Sequence record: JX128258
DNA length: 64,000 nt
Source: Escherichia phage ECML-117
Reading direction: 5' to 3' (one strand)
Part shown: positions 46,853 to 56,054 of the stretch, in pieces
How positions within the stretch are numbered: the first letter of the stretch is position 1
How the letters are laid out: each line of letters begins with the position of its first letter
The notes under the pieces: model-generated
Told to the model about the DNA's origin: nothing
The model's input: only the letters and a program-made list of their open reading frames with translations
The model's database searches: none
Made by a program: the position numbers and the translations under genes

Positions 46853-49736
46853 CTGGATACACCTGTTTGATCACGTCGACGATAAACATGTCAATGCCTT
46901 CAAGCTTGCGGCCTTTCATCAGGAAGAATGCACCGTTCCCAACGTTCTCTGCGATGTATTTCCCGTACTTCTGGAACTTCTCTGGGCGAATCCTGAAGCG
47001 CATTGGCGAGTCTGTCGAATCATCCTTGCACATAAGGTCGATGAACTGGGTCTCAATCTTGTTTCCAAACTTATCCTTATCCGCATAGCGGCCATCAGCT
47101 TGAAGACCCTTTTTAAGTTTGCCGTGCTTTGTATAAATGCCGCGCTCAAGACGTTTACGGATGCGTGTTGCTTCGTTTTCATCTGCCAGCACTTTCTTGG
47201 TCAACTTGCCGATTACTATTGCACGCTCGTCATCGCCGACTTCCTTCATCTGGCGTATTGAAGCACCGGAAGTAACGCCAATCAGATATGGGTCATTATA
47301 CGCCCAACCGAACTTGGTGTGCATCTCTGTAAGGTCGCCGTATTTGACTTCAGCATTTGCCAATGCGTCCTTTTGTTTTTGCGTTAAGGTTCCGGCTTCA
47401 CGTGCTTCGATGTACTTCATCGCCTTCACCATTCCGTACCCTTTAGCGTTCATTATGCCGCCAATTAGCTTTCCGTTAGCGATGGTCCAGTTCATTGAAG
47501 AGTGATCAGGGTCGATTGGCACATAATCCACGCCTTCCTTCGCAAGTTCACGTAATATCGCAATCGTCTGGTCTTCGTCCTTAGCAGCGCGTAAGCAAGC
47601 AGCAGCAAATTCCAACGGGTAGTGTCGTTTAAGCCACAAGGTCCAGTAGGTCACGACCGCGTATGACACGGAGTGTGACTTGTTAAAGCCCCATGACCCG
47701 AACGTCGCCATCGCCTGCCAAAGCTTTCTTGCATCCGCTTCCGGTACGCCGTTATTTATTGCGCCTGCAACGAAGTCTTCGCCAAGCTTGTTAAAGTATT
47801 CCTCACCCTTACGACCTGACATCGCCTTACGTACAGCGGATGTTTTCGCCCAGTCAAATGAACCAATCTCTTTAACCACGGCCATGATTTGCTCTTGGTA
47901 AAGAAACACGCCGTAAGTCTCTTTTAAGTACGGCTCAAGTTGCGGTACGTCGTACTCAATCGGCGCACGTCCTGCCGCGCGTTCAATGTATTTCTGGGCC
48001 ATACCGGACGACAACGGGCCAGGTCGGCCAAGTGCTGTCAGGTTATCGATTTTGTTAAAGTTATCAACGTGCACAAAGTTGGTCACTGAGCGTACAGCGT
48101 CGCCTTCAAACTGGAAGATGCCTGACATCTTGTTTTCGTTAAGGATGTCAAGGACGCTTTGGTCATCAAGCTTGATTCCGTACAGCGTTTCAGCATCTAT
48201 CACACCAGTATCAGAAATGATTCCGAGGGTACGAAGACCCAATGCATCAAGCTTCAAAAGGTTAAGGTATTCGCTGTCAGGCTTATCAATTTGCGCAATC
48301 CCTTCCGCCGTCACTGTACAGTAATCAGAGATTGGGTCATTACACACGATGATTCCCGCTGCGTGAACGCCAGTGTGGGAAGGGTGAATCTCAAGGTCAC
48401 CCATGCATCGCGCGGCATCGGGATATTTAGCCACAAACTCTTGGCCCGTGGTCGTTGTTGCAAAGGTATCCTCCAGGCCGTGACCATAACGGGCGTCACC
48501 AGATGAGTATTCAAGCAATGCGTTTTTAATGTTGGCCGTTTCGTGATATCCAATGTTGAATTTCTTACCAACTTGAGCCATTACTGAGTTGGCCTTAAGC
48601 GTGTTGATGTTGCCAAGCTTTGCAACGTTCATTTCGCCGTATTTTTCTTTAAGGTAATCAAACACCATATAGCGTTTGGTATCCTCAAAGTCAATATCAA
48701 TATCAGGAAGGTCGGCGCGGCTTACGTCGATGAATCGGGCGAACAGCAGCTTATACGGGATTGGGTCAACTTCCGTGATGCCGAGGCAATAACAAACCAG
48801 TGAACCAGCCGATGAGCCGCGAGCGGGTCCGACGAGCATTTTTGTTTTTGCAAATCGTACAAGGTCCGCTACCACCAGAAAGTATGAGTCGAAATCTTTC
48901 AGCTGAATCTGGTGAATCTCTTCGTTGAATCGGTCCTCATATTCCTGAGTCCATTCTTTGATGTGACCTGCCTTAAGGCGGTACTCCATACCCTCACGAG
49001 CAAGCTTTACCATGTCACCAGCAAGGTGGATAATCGGTGCCTTGCGCAGCTTCAGGTCAAGTCCCACGATTCCGTTTGCAATATCAACCGCATTGGCAGT
49101 TGCTTGATTCAACTCATCTTCGGTCAGGATTCCTTTAAGCTGTTTGCGCAAGTCTTCCGCGTCAACAATGCAGTGCGGCTTGACCGTGTCGCGAACTTCC
49201 CAAGCATAAGCAAAGTCAACGTGCTCAGGTGAAGGCATGTGGTTGTATCCGGTTAAAACCAGCGGCCTTCCGTTGCTGCGGTGAGCCAATACCTGGCGCT
49301 TGGCCAAAAGGAACGATGATGGGTTGACGTCTATATAATCGTAGTCCTCTGGCCGCAGCAACTCCACGGCACCGCCACAGAATTTAACGACTCCATCGAG
49401 CGCCCCGAACTCTGCACGGGTCAGTCCGCCGCGTTGTGTTGCAAGCGTGGTCGCGTTGTAAAAGGACTTCAGGTCAAGCGCCAATATCCAAGCCTTCGGT
49501 TTGAATCCATTTTTCGGGTCCGCATCAGGGTCGATGATTGGAATTTCCATGCCGAACATAGGCTTGATATCATTCTTCTGACATTCCTTTTCCCAGCGAA
49601 CGTGACCCCATGTATTATTATCAACTAATGCCGCGACTTCGCAGCCCAACTCTTTGAGCCGTGCTATAATTTCAGGATGCCGTCCATATACTTCTTTGAA
49701 CGTGTAACCGCTGCGAACTCTCAATTGTGGAAACAT
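46839..49736 (-). CDS. dnaE: DNA polymerase III alpha subunit homologue (DnaE-type, with PHP domain)
   Basis: 965 aa; N-terminal PHP-type region; LLKLDALGLRTL palm motif and overall C-family polymerase organisation. Confidence 0.8.
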   Translation of the reverse strand: MFPQLRVRSGYTFKEVYGRHPEIIARLKELGCEVAALVDNNTWGHVRWEKECQKNDIKPMFGMEIPIIDPDADPKNGFKPKAWILALDLKSFYNATTLATQRGGLTRAEFGALDGVVKFCGGAVELLRPEDYDYIDVNPSSFLLAKRQVLAHRSNGRPLVLTGYNHMPSPEHVDFAYAWEVRDTVKPHCIVDAEDLRKQLKGILTEDELNQATANAVDIANGIVGLDLKLRKAPIIHLAGDMVKLAREGMEYRLKAGHIKEWTQEYEDRFNEEIHQIQLKDFDSYFLVVADLVRFAKTKMLVGPARGSSAGSLVCYCLGITEVDPIPYKLLFARFIDVSRADLPDIDIDFEDTKRYMVFDYLKEKYGEMNVAKLGNINTLKANSVMAQVGKKFNIGYHETANIKNALLEYSSGDARYGHGLEDTFATTTTGQEFVAKYPDAARCMGDLEIHPSHTGVHAAGIIVCNDPISDYCTVTAEGIAQIDKPDSEYLNLLKLDALGLRTLGIISDTGVIDAETLYGIKLDDQSVLDILNENKMSGIFQFEGDAVRSVTNFVHVDNFNKIDNLTALGRPGPLSSGMAQKYIERAAGRAPIEYDVPQLEPYLKETYGVFLYQEQIMAVVKEIGSFDWAKTSAVRKAMSGRKGEEYFNKLGEDFVAGAINNGVPEADARKLWQAMATFGSWGFNKSHSVSYAVVTYWTLWLKRHYPLEFAAACLRAAKDEDQTIAILRELAKEGVDYVPIDPDHSSMNWTIANGKLIGGIMNAKGYGMVKAMKYIEAREAGTLTQKQKDALANAEVKYGDLTEMHTKFGWAYNDPYLIGVTSGASIRQMKEVGDDERAIVIGKLTKKVLADENEATRIRKRLERGIYTKHGKLKKGLQADGRYADKDKFGNKIETQFIDLMCKDDSTDSPMRFRIRPEKFQKYGKYIAENVGNGAFFLMKGRKLEGIDMFIVDVIKQVYPDGNK

Positions 49737-50278
49737 TATTTACTCCATATGTCATATACGCCAATTTGTTGGCAGACTTTGTGCAGTAATATTACGTCGT
49801 CTAATGCACGGTGCTTCTGTTCATATTTTCCGAAATATAATTCATACAGCTCTTGAAGCTTAACTCTTCGGCCAAAAATAGGCAAGGTTTGCTCGACTGT
49901 ACAAATGTTTATTTCTGGAAAATTAACATCACCAAGTGTAAGACCTTCGCGCTGTAATGCATAGTCAAGAATGTTTTTATCAAACGCATGGTTGTGCGCG
50001 ATAGTTGCATCCGTCTTCTTGAAGATTTCTTTTAGTTGCGGAACGAAATGGATGAAGGGTGGATTACACTCAAGGTCTTCGTTGGTTAATCCGGTAATCT
50101 TTGTGATGATTTCTTCAATCACAATTTCAGGATTAATTATGAACTCGAACGTTTCAAGAATCTCTTTGCCGTCCGTCAGCAGTCCTGCAAATTCAATAGG
50201 GCGCGGCTGCATTCCAAGCGGCGCTTTCGGGTGCACGGTTAATCCGGTTGTTTCGAAGTCATAAGGGAGAAATAACAC
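49736..50278 (-). CDS. DnaQ-like 3'-5' exonuclease
   Basis: Exo motifs DFETTG, HNHAFD, HRALDD; AGGAGG RBS; coupled to the polymerase gene. Confidence 0.75.
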   Translation of the reverse strand: MLFLPYDFETTGLTVHPKAPLGMQPRPIEFAGLLTDGKEILETFEFIINPEIVIEEIITKITGLTNEDLECNPPFIHFVPQLKEIFKKTDATIAHNHAFDKNILDYALQREGLTLGDVNFPEINICTVEQTLPIFGRRVKLQELYELYFGKYEQKHRALDDVILLHKVCQQIGVYDIWSK

Positions 50279-50332
50279 ATTGGCCTCCTACAAAAAGGCC
50301 GCCCATTAGGACGGCCACAGATTCACGATTCG

Positions 50333-50884
50333 TTATGCAGTGTACGGAGTACCGTCTTGATTCAAGCGCACGATAAACTTCAAATCAACGCCGATGATTT
50401 CACGCGTATCAAAGATCACATAGTTGTAACGACGCTGACCAGCAATATTTGGGTTGGTGTGAGAGTCGGTCACAACTTCCTGCGCAACCTGAATGCCTTC
50501 TTCTTTAAAGAACTTGCGCCATTCAGCAAGTTCAGCGGCAGTCACGTGCATACCAAGATGGCTAACCTGATTGTCGTGCGCATCGATGTATTCGATGTTT
50601 TCGTGAATCCAGTTGCAACCTTTTGTATAGTCAAGAATTTCAAGCTCAAGAGGCTTACCAGCGCCGCCATCGGTGCCGTTGCCAGCCTGATAGTTGAAGC
50701 GCAAGTCAGCTTCGTTGGTGCAATCGCCGCGCTGACCCTTAAAGACATCAGCTTCAAATACGCGACCAGTAGCAACAACGTGATCATGGAACCATTCTGT
50801 CAGGCCGATTTTAGCCAGGAAATTCTGTGCGCGCTGAGCACCTGGAATTGACAGGGCGATTTGTTCAATTTTAAAGTGTGGCAT
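50333..50884 (-). CDS. VOC/glyoxalase-fold-like protein (tentative)
   Basis: 183 aa with two beta-alpha-beta-beta-beta-like modules (FKIEQIAL...; SHLGMHV...); weak. Confidence 0.3.
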   Translation of the reverse strand: MPHFKIEQIALSIPGAQRAQNFLAKIGLTEWFHDHVVATGRVFEADVFKGQRGDCTNEADLRFNYQAGNGTDGGAGKPLELEILDYTKGCNWIHENIEYIDAHDNQVSHLGMHVTAAELAEWRKFFKEEGIQVAQEVVTDSHTNPNIAGQRRYNYVIFDTREIIGVDLKFIVRLNQDGTPYTA

Positions 50885-50980
50885 TTTGTTTCCTTAATTA
50901 AATATTATTGATTAATTACTGTGTTATCTTCGTCCTGTTTCTTTTCAGGAGCGGGTGTGACAACTTCAAATGTTCGTGAT

Positions 50981-51664
50981 TTATTTCCCAAATGGAATAT
51001 CAGTACCAGACATAAAACGCCATGCGCCCGTAATTAAGATATGGCGAATGAAGTCAGCAATTACTTGCGGCTCAGTCTCCAATCCATTCATCAACGCCTT
51101 TTTCTGGTATTCAGCAGCATACTCAGGAGTCCAGCCGCGAGTCGCGCAAACAGCATCTTCAATCTGTTTGGACATACCAGTGCCGCGCAACTTGTTAGGA
51201 CTAATAGAAAATACCGTGATCCCGTATTTAGGCGTAAGCTCGTGAGCCATCTGCTTGCTAATCATGAGCGCAGCAGCCTTGGAAGCATTATAACACAAGC
51301 TGGACGTCATAGGAATATGCGCAGCGTTGGAAACGATATTGATCACAAAACCTTTGTTGTCGATAAGACTTTTCAGCGCGGCTTGAGTCGTGTTGACGAA
51401 AGAGAAGGCGTTGGTGTGCATAACGCGATTGAACTCTTCGTAGTTAACATCTTCAAACCAGTTGTTGGAGTTGACGCCAGCACAGTTGATCAAGCCTTCT
51501 ACATCATATGGGCTTAAAATTTCTTTCATCTGTTTCGCGTCGCGGACGTCATATCCGTATGCTGAATCGATTCCAAGCACGTTATGACCGTAAGCGCCAA
51601 GGGTGTCAAAAATAGATTTACCAAGACCGGAATTGGAACCTGTTACAACAATTACTTTTTTCAT
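50981..51664 (-). CDS. short-chain dehydrogenase/reductase (classical SDR)
   Basis: N-terminal VTGSNSGLGKS cofactor motif and catalytic YNASK (YxxxK). Confidence 0.7.
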   Translation of the reverse strand: MKKVIVVTGSNSGLGKSIFDTLGAYGHNVLGIDSAYGYDVRDAKQMKEILSPYDVEGLINCAGVNSNNWFEDVNYEEFNRVMHTNAFSFVNTTQAALKSLIDNKGFVINIVSNAAHIPMTSSLCYNASKAAALMISKQMAHELTPKYGITVFSISPNKLRGTGMSKQIEDAVCATRGWTPEYAAEYQKKALMNGLETEPQVIADFIRHILITGAWRFMSGTDIPFGK

Positions 51665-51729
51665 TTATTTATCCTTTTTGGACTTCGTTTCGATGAGATA
51701 AATATAACTCATCGAAACGCACAAGTAAA

Positions 51730-52602
51730 CTATTTATTGAAATTAATATTGTGGGTGTTGACGAGACGTTCACACATGGCGCTGTAAACACCATCGTCGT
51801 GTATAGAGTCTTCGTGCTTCAGGCCGCTGATTGCAAAGCGTGTAAGCTTGACAATCTTAAGCTCGAACAGATGCCACATGTGGTAGTCTTCCGGCGTTTT
51901 CAACGTTACGCCATTAGGGAAAAGCACCTGCATAACCTGGCCAACCATCACGGCATTATCGCCATAGACAGCGTTGCGCTCACGGAAGGTTGCTGCCATT
52001 GCATCAAGAATATCGGCGGCAGTTGCCGGAGATTGTTCAACTTCCACAGTCTTAGTCTCTTCTTGTCCTGTTGCGCTTGGATCAATTGCTAATTGTTGCA
52101 CCACTTCACCTGCCTTGCAAAGATTAAATGTAAAAGCGATTTTATTTTGAGCAACGGAATTATAATACAATGCTTCATCTTGCATCCGCGCGAGCACGTC
52201 TTGTCGGTCGTCGAATACATTGATGATTCGATAATCGCCGTGCCGCAATGCGTGCGATAGCCATGCAGATTTCATAATAGTTGATGGACGTTTGTCGCCA
52301 TAGTCTCTCATCTTGATTGTAAATTCATCAAAAGGAAAAACATTGTCCAGACGTTCAAAAGTCACTTGTCTGTATTTTTCTGGCCTTGCAGTCCAATATT
52401 CAACCGCCTCACCGCGAAGAGATGCCGACTCTACTGCTGATGCAATGCGAGGATAGAACTGATCATAACCAATACCGCTGTGATAGTCATCATAGTCTGA
52501 CAACGGACCTGCCACCTTTATGCGGTCCAAGCGCCAACGGTCATCAAACAGCGTTCCGTCAAGGTCGAATACGTTTAATATTTGGTTATTTTTAATACTC
52601 AT
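51730..52602 (-). CDS. HAD-superfamily phosphatase/nucleotidase with extra C-terminal domain
   Basis: Motif I FDLDGTLFD near the N-terminus; additional ~110-aa C-terminal domain of unknown type. Confidence 0.55.
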   Translation of the reverse strand: MSIKNNQILNVFDLDGTLFDDRWRLDRIKVAGPLSDYDDYHSGIGYDQFYPRIASAVESASLRGEAVEYWTARPEKYRQVTFERLDNVFPFDEFTIKMRDYGDKRPSTIMKSAWLSHALRHGDYRIINVFDDRQDVLARMQDEALYYNSVAQNKIAFTFNLCKAGEVVQQLAIDPSATGQEETKTVEVEQSPATAADILDAMAATFRERNAVYGDNAVMVGQVMQVLFPNGVTLKTPEDYHMWHLFELKIVKLTRFAISGLKHEDSIHDDGVYSAMCERLVNTHNINFNK

Positions 52603-53402
52603 CCCTTTGACACTCCATCTTTAGCAACTGGATTGTTGGTGATTGGCGCGGCATCCCAAAACTGGATGCGCAACTCTTCTTGCTGTGCCGTGGTATCCAT
52701 CCAATCACGATACCAAGGGCAATGGGCTTTGCCATGACGAGGAAACGCGCATTTACCCATACCGATGCATTGCGGCTGTAGTAAAGGATTAGCCCACGGG
52801 TGCACCTTGAGGACTTCCGCAACCATTGCGCGAAATACTTCTTGATACTCGCCTTGGGTGCGCGTGCACAAGCGGTTGGAAGCCATCTGTTGCAGCGTGC
52901 GCAAGTTGAACTTTGCCATGATATGCGTTTGCATATTAGAAGGCAACACGGCACGTGCATCTTGAATCTCTGCGCCAGCCGCGCGAAGTTCTTGGTATAG
53001 GGCGTCAATGGTCGCCATTGCATCATCCCAGGTGTTAGCCAACTTCAAACGCTGCTCGTCGATTCTCTCGCCGATAACCCTGTCAGGGTCGTCATACTCA
53101 AACGCTTTCGGACGAATCGCATCAAACGCAGAAGACTCCTGAGCGCGGCTGGTGCGTTCTTGATATGCGCCTGTGCGTGTGCGTACCATCTGATGGGTCA
53201 TGTTCTTTGATACATCTGTGATATCAAAAATATAGTCCACAAAGTCAAAAGGTGACTTGATTGTATCGAGCATGTAGCGCCAATGCTCTTGCTTCTCTGA
53301 TTCCGTCATCTCAGAGACAGGCTTACCAGTCATGCGCGTGTTCTTTGTTTCCAGCAAAAGGTCAAGTGCATCTTGGGTGTATCGAATTAATTCAACTTTC
53401 AT
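52599..53402 (-). CDS. ThyX-like (flavin-dependent thymidylate synthase family) protein, divergent
   Basis: VRTRTGAYQERTSR aligns to the ThyX RHRxxSxxxxSxRY motif with His replaced by Thr; NLRTLQQM...EYQE resembles the ThyX NARSLxNL...E motif; extra Cys-rich C-terminus. Confidence 0.45.
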   Translation of the reverse strand: MKVELIRYTQDALDLLLETKNTRMTGKPVSEMTESEKQEHWRYMLDTIKSPFDFVDYIFDITDVSKNMTHQMVRTRTGAYQERTSRAQESSAFDAIRPKAFEYDDPDRVIGERIDEQRLKLANTWDDAMATIDALYQELRAAGAEIQDARAVLPSNMQTHIMAKFNLRTLQQMASNRLCTRTQGEYQEVFRAMVAEVLKVHPWANPLLQPQCIGMGKCAFPRHGKAHCPWYRDWMDTTAQQEELRIQFWDAAPITNNPVAKDGVSKG

Positions 53403-53415
53403 TTTAATTATCCTA

Positions 53416-53862
53416 TTAACGGTAATTCACTAGTTGCTGATCACCAGAGAAGGTGCAATGATAAACGAATTGTGCGTTATAAAGCAACTGAAAACTTTTC
53501 TTTGGTTCACTATTAGCACTCATCGATGTGAATACTTCTGCACCGGAACGGTTTTCACCGATTAAGTTGACAAAGCCGCCAGTTGTGCGAGGTTGAACGA
53601 AAGTGAAGCGTTGCATCCACGGAGTCCGGTTGGCACCTTTACCTGTGAATCCTTGAATCTGAATATTCAGACCTTCTTGCTCGTTCACACCGATGTAAGT
53701 GGTAATCTTTGCACCAGTCGTTGCTGCGGTCTTCCCGTCCATCGCTTCGCAATCGTAAACAGCGATTGAATCGGAAGTGCGGATGGCAGCTTCAGTCGCT
53801 TCCATATACATGGTGCCGAGAATAGCAGTTGCGGCAAGCGCGATTCCAGTGATTCGTTTCAT
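53416..53862 (-). CDS. secreted protein (148 aa)
   Basis: N-terminal signal peptide (ITGIALAATAILGTMYMEATEAA). Confidence 0.45.
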   Translation of the reverse strand: MKRITGIALAATAILGTMYMEATEAAIRTSDSIAVYDCEAMDGKTAATTGAKITTYIGVNEQEGLNIQIQGFTGKGANRTPWMQRFTFVQPRTTGGFVNLIGENRSGAEVFTSMSANSEPKKSFQLLYNAQFVYHCTFSGDQQLVNYR

Positions 53863-53927
53863 TTTCGTTTCCTCTATGAGTTCTGCTTCAATGATTAAAG
53901 TATACGCCCATTGAAGCAGAAAGCAAA

Positions 53928-54923
53928 TTATTTATTAGCAATATAAGCAAATTTTTGATAGTTATTTGCTTTGATGAGTTTTTCGACTTCAACAAGGTCA
54001 TGAGCGACGTCATCAAGCAAAATGTTTCGCCAGGTAGCGAATCTACCGACACTAAAAACGTTCAAATCCATAGTCAGCTGCAGGAGTAGGGCGTGTCGCA
54101 AGTCTTTCGGAATGTCGACAATCTTGCCATATTTCTGGTCGACCTTTTCAACTTCTTCAAGAGCGATATCACTCCATGAAAGGCCAAATGCCGTCAACAC
54201 TTCGTCGACTTCTGCGCGAAGCTTCATGTCACGGTAACGAGTGATGCCTCCAGCGGCTTCAACTGCAGCTTCACTTACGCTGACTAAAGGAATTGTTTCA
54301 ATGATAAGCGTGTCACCAGTAATTGATGCGCGGTAAGTTCTGACGGAGTAGTCAGGGAAGTAAATTGTCTGATACAAATCACACTTACGTTTAATCTTAA
54401 AGCGGTAAACGCGAATGTTTGCTTTATCAAATGAAAAATCAAGCTTTTGATCAATTCCAGCAAGCTTCATCATGACTGGCAGCGGCGACGTGTTGATGAT
54501 TGGCGTCTCGCTATAGCCGCAAAGAGTATCAACAGGAGTATTAAAGAATATGCGGTCACCCAGTTTGTCGACAAGCTGATCATAAAAGTCATCAGGCGCA
54601 ATATAACGCGTTGCAGTCTTAAGCTTCATGATTGAACGGCTGCCAAACTGATTGGTGACCTTCATGGAATACATATTGGCAAGGTTAATTGGGCAATGGT
54701 CATGGTAGTAGTTGCCGCGAAAATACACAGCCTTGTCAACTGTCACGGCCTTAAAGGGGATTCCGGTAATACGGCTTACTTCTTCGCCACGGAAGCGTAG
54801 CAATGCCTTGTGCTGTTGCGCTCGTTCCCCTGCTTCGTACACAACAGAGTTCGGGAAGTGACACGCTGTGATAAGTCCTGCCAGTCCGCCGCCGATAATC
54901 ATTACAGGTTGTTTCATGTTCAT
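53928..54923 (-). CDS. FAD/NAD(P)-binding flavoprotein oxidoreductase
   Basis: N-terminal dinucleotide-binding motif VMIIGGGLAGL; C-terminal GRFATWRN resembles the GR(L/F)A motif of UDP-galactopyranose-mutase-like enzymes (tentative). Confidence 0.5.
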   Translation of the reverse strand: MNMKQPVMIIGGGLAGLITACHFPNSVVYEAGERAQQHKALLRFRGEEVSRITGIPFKAVTVDKAVYFRGNYYHDHCPINLANMYSMKVTNQFGSRSIMKLKTATRYIAPDDFYDQLVDKLGDRIFFNTPVDTLCGYSETPIINTSPLPVMMKLAGIDQKLDFSFDKANIRVYRFKIKRKCDLYQTIYFPDYSVRTYRASITGDTLIIETIPLVSVSEAAVEAAGGITRYRDMKLRAEVDEVLTAFGLSWSDIALEEVEKVDQKYGKIVDIPKDLRHALLLQLTMDLNVFSVGRFATWRNILLDDVAHDLVEVEKLIKANNYQKFAYIANK

Positions 54924-55055
54924 TTGTCCTTTGTGGGTGATATGAGAAGTATAATAGCTAAATTATTTTACAGCAACAAGTCATTTTATTTAGTACAGAT
55001 GAAAAAAGACCCACAACAAGTGTGGGTCAATTACCGCTGCATAACCGTCCTAAGG

Positions 55056-55901
55056 TTATTCCGCTTGATCACCGTCTTCGGCATCGTCGTTGGATTCAAC
55101 ATCGACAAACTCGATGTGACCCATCTCTTCCAGCTTGCTCAGGTAGGAGCGAACGGAAGCGCCAAACAGTTGATCTTTAACTTTTTCGCCCAGCTCATCG
55201 ATAGACTGCGCCACGCCAACTTCGCCTTCTTTGATCGCCGCCAGAACGCGTCCACGGGTGGAGTGCTCTTGCGGCTGGCTCAGGCCATTGCCAGTGTAGA
55301 TGAAGTGAGTAGCTTTTGCACGACGCTGACCGTTTGCCTTTTTAGCGGCCTTACGTTCTGCGATGGCTTTGCGACGTTCTTCAGCTTCTTTCTTACGCTG
55401 TTCTTTCTGCTGTTCTGCAGCTTCTTTCGCCGCAATCTTAGCAGCTTCACGCTCTGCCTTGCGTTTCGCTTTAGCTTCTTCTTTAGCCTTCTCTTTTTCG
55501 GCCTTCGCTGCAGCACGGGCTTGATCACGCTCTGCTTTCTTAGCAGCAGCTTGCTCAGCTTTCAGACGCTTGGCTTCTTCTTTAGCCTTCGCCTTTTCGA
55601 TTTCTTTTGCTGCTTTAGCGGCTTCACGCTCTGCCTTCTTAGCAGCAGCCTTTTCTGCACGCTCTTTGGCTTTCTTCGCTGCTTCTTCAGCACGTTTCTG
55701 AGCCTTCTCATCAGCAGCCTGCTTACGTTTCAGTGCAGCTTCTTCACGCTTGGCTTGTTTTTCCTGCTCACGCTTTTGGCGTTTTTCTTCGGCTTCTTTC
55801 TTTTTAGCCAGGCGTTTTTCTTCAGCCACGCGACGACGTTCTGCTGCAGCTGCTTGTTTTTCTTCTTTAGATAATACTTTGATTGCTTCGGCCATGTTCA
55901 C
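55056..55901 (-). CDS. Lys/Ala/Glu-rich coiled-coil protein with C-terminal globular domain
   Basis: About 190 aa of AEEKR/AKKA low-complexity repeats, then a ~80-aa non-repetitive acidic C-terminus; DNA shows internal tandem repeats. Confidence 0.55.
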   Translation of the reverse strand: MNMAEAIKVLSKEEKQAAAAERRRVAEEKRLAKKKEAEEKRQKREQEKQAKREEAALKRKQAADEKAQKRAEEAAKKAKERAEKAAAKKAEREAAKAAKEIEKAKAKEEAKRLKAEQAAAKKAERDQARAAAKAEKEKAKEEAKAKRKAEREAAKIAAKEAAEQQKEQRKKEAEERRKAIAERKAAKKANGQRRAKATHFIYTGNGLSQPQEHSTRGRVLAAIKEGEVGVAQSIDELGEKVKDQLFGASVRSYLSKLEEMGHIEFVDVESNDDAEDGDQAE

Positions 55902-56054
55902 AGTCCTTAAATAAATTAGTTTATTTTATATTCCCCGTTTGGGATAACTTAATTATGCCTTCAGTCGCCGCCAGTAGCAACTAAAAACTCTGGCGGCAAT
56001 GCCACTTTAATTAAACTGATTTTCAGTTTTATTTTTCGTAAATTTACGTCAACA

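Noticed and set aside
46919-49232. Multiple 64-146-aa ORFs on the + strand inside the polymerase gene
   Set aside because: Antisense or out-of-frame shadow ORFs within a long, well-supported coding region.
54810-55874. 354-aa + strand ORF overlapping the Lys/Ala/Glu-rich gene
   Set aside because: Antisense shadow of a low-complexity repetitive coding region; product is Phe/Leu/Ser/Cys-rich nonsense-like sequence with no RBS, against the local minus-strand gene orientation.
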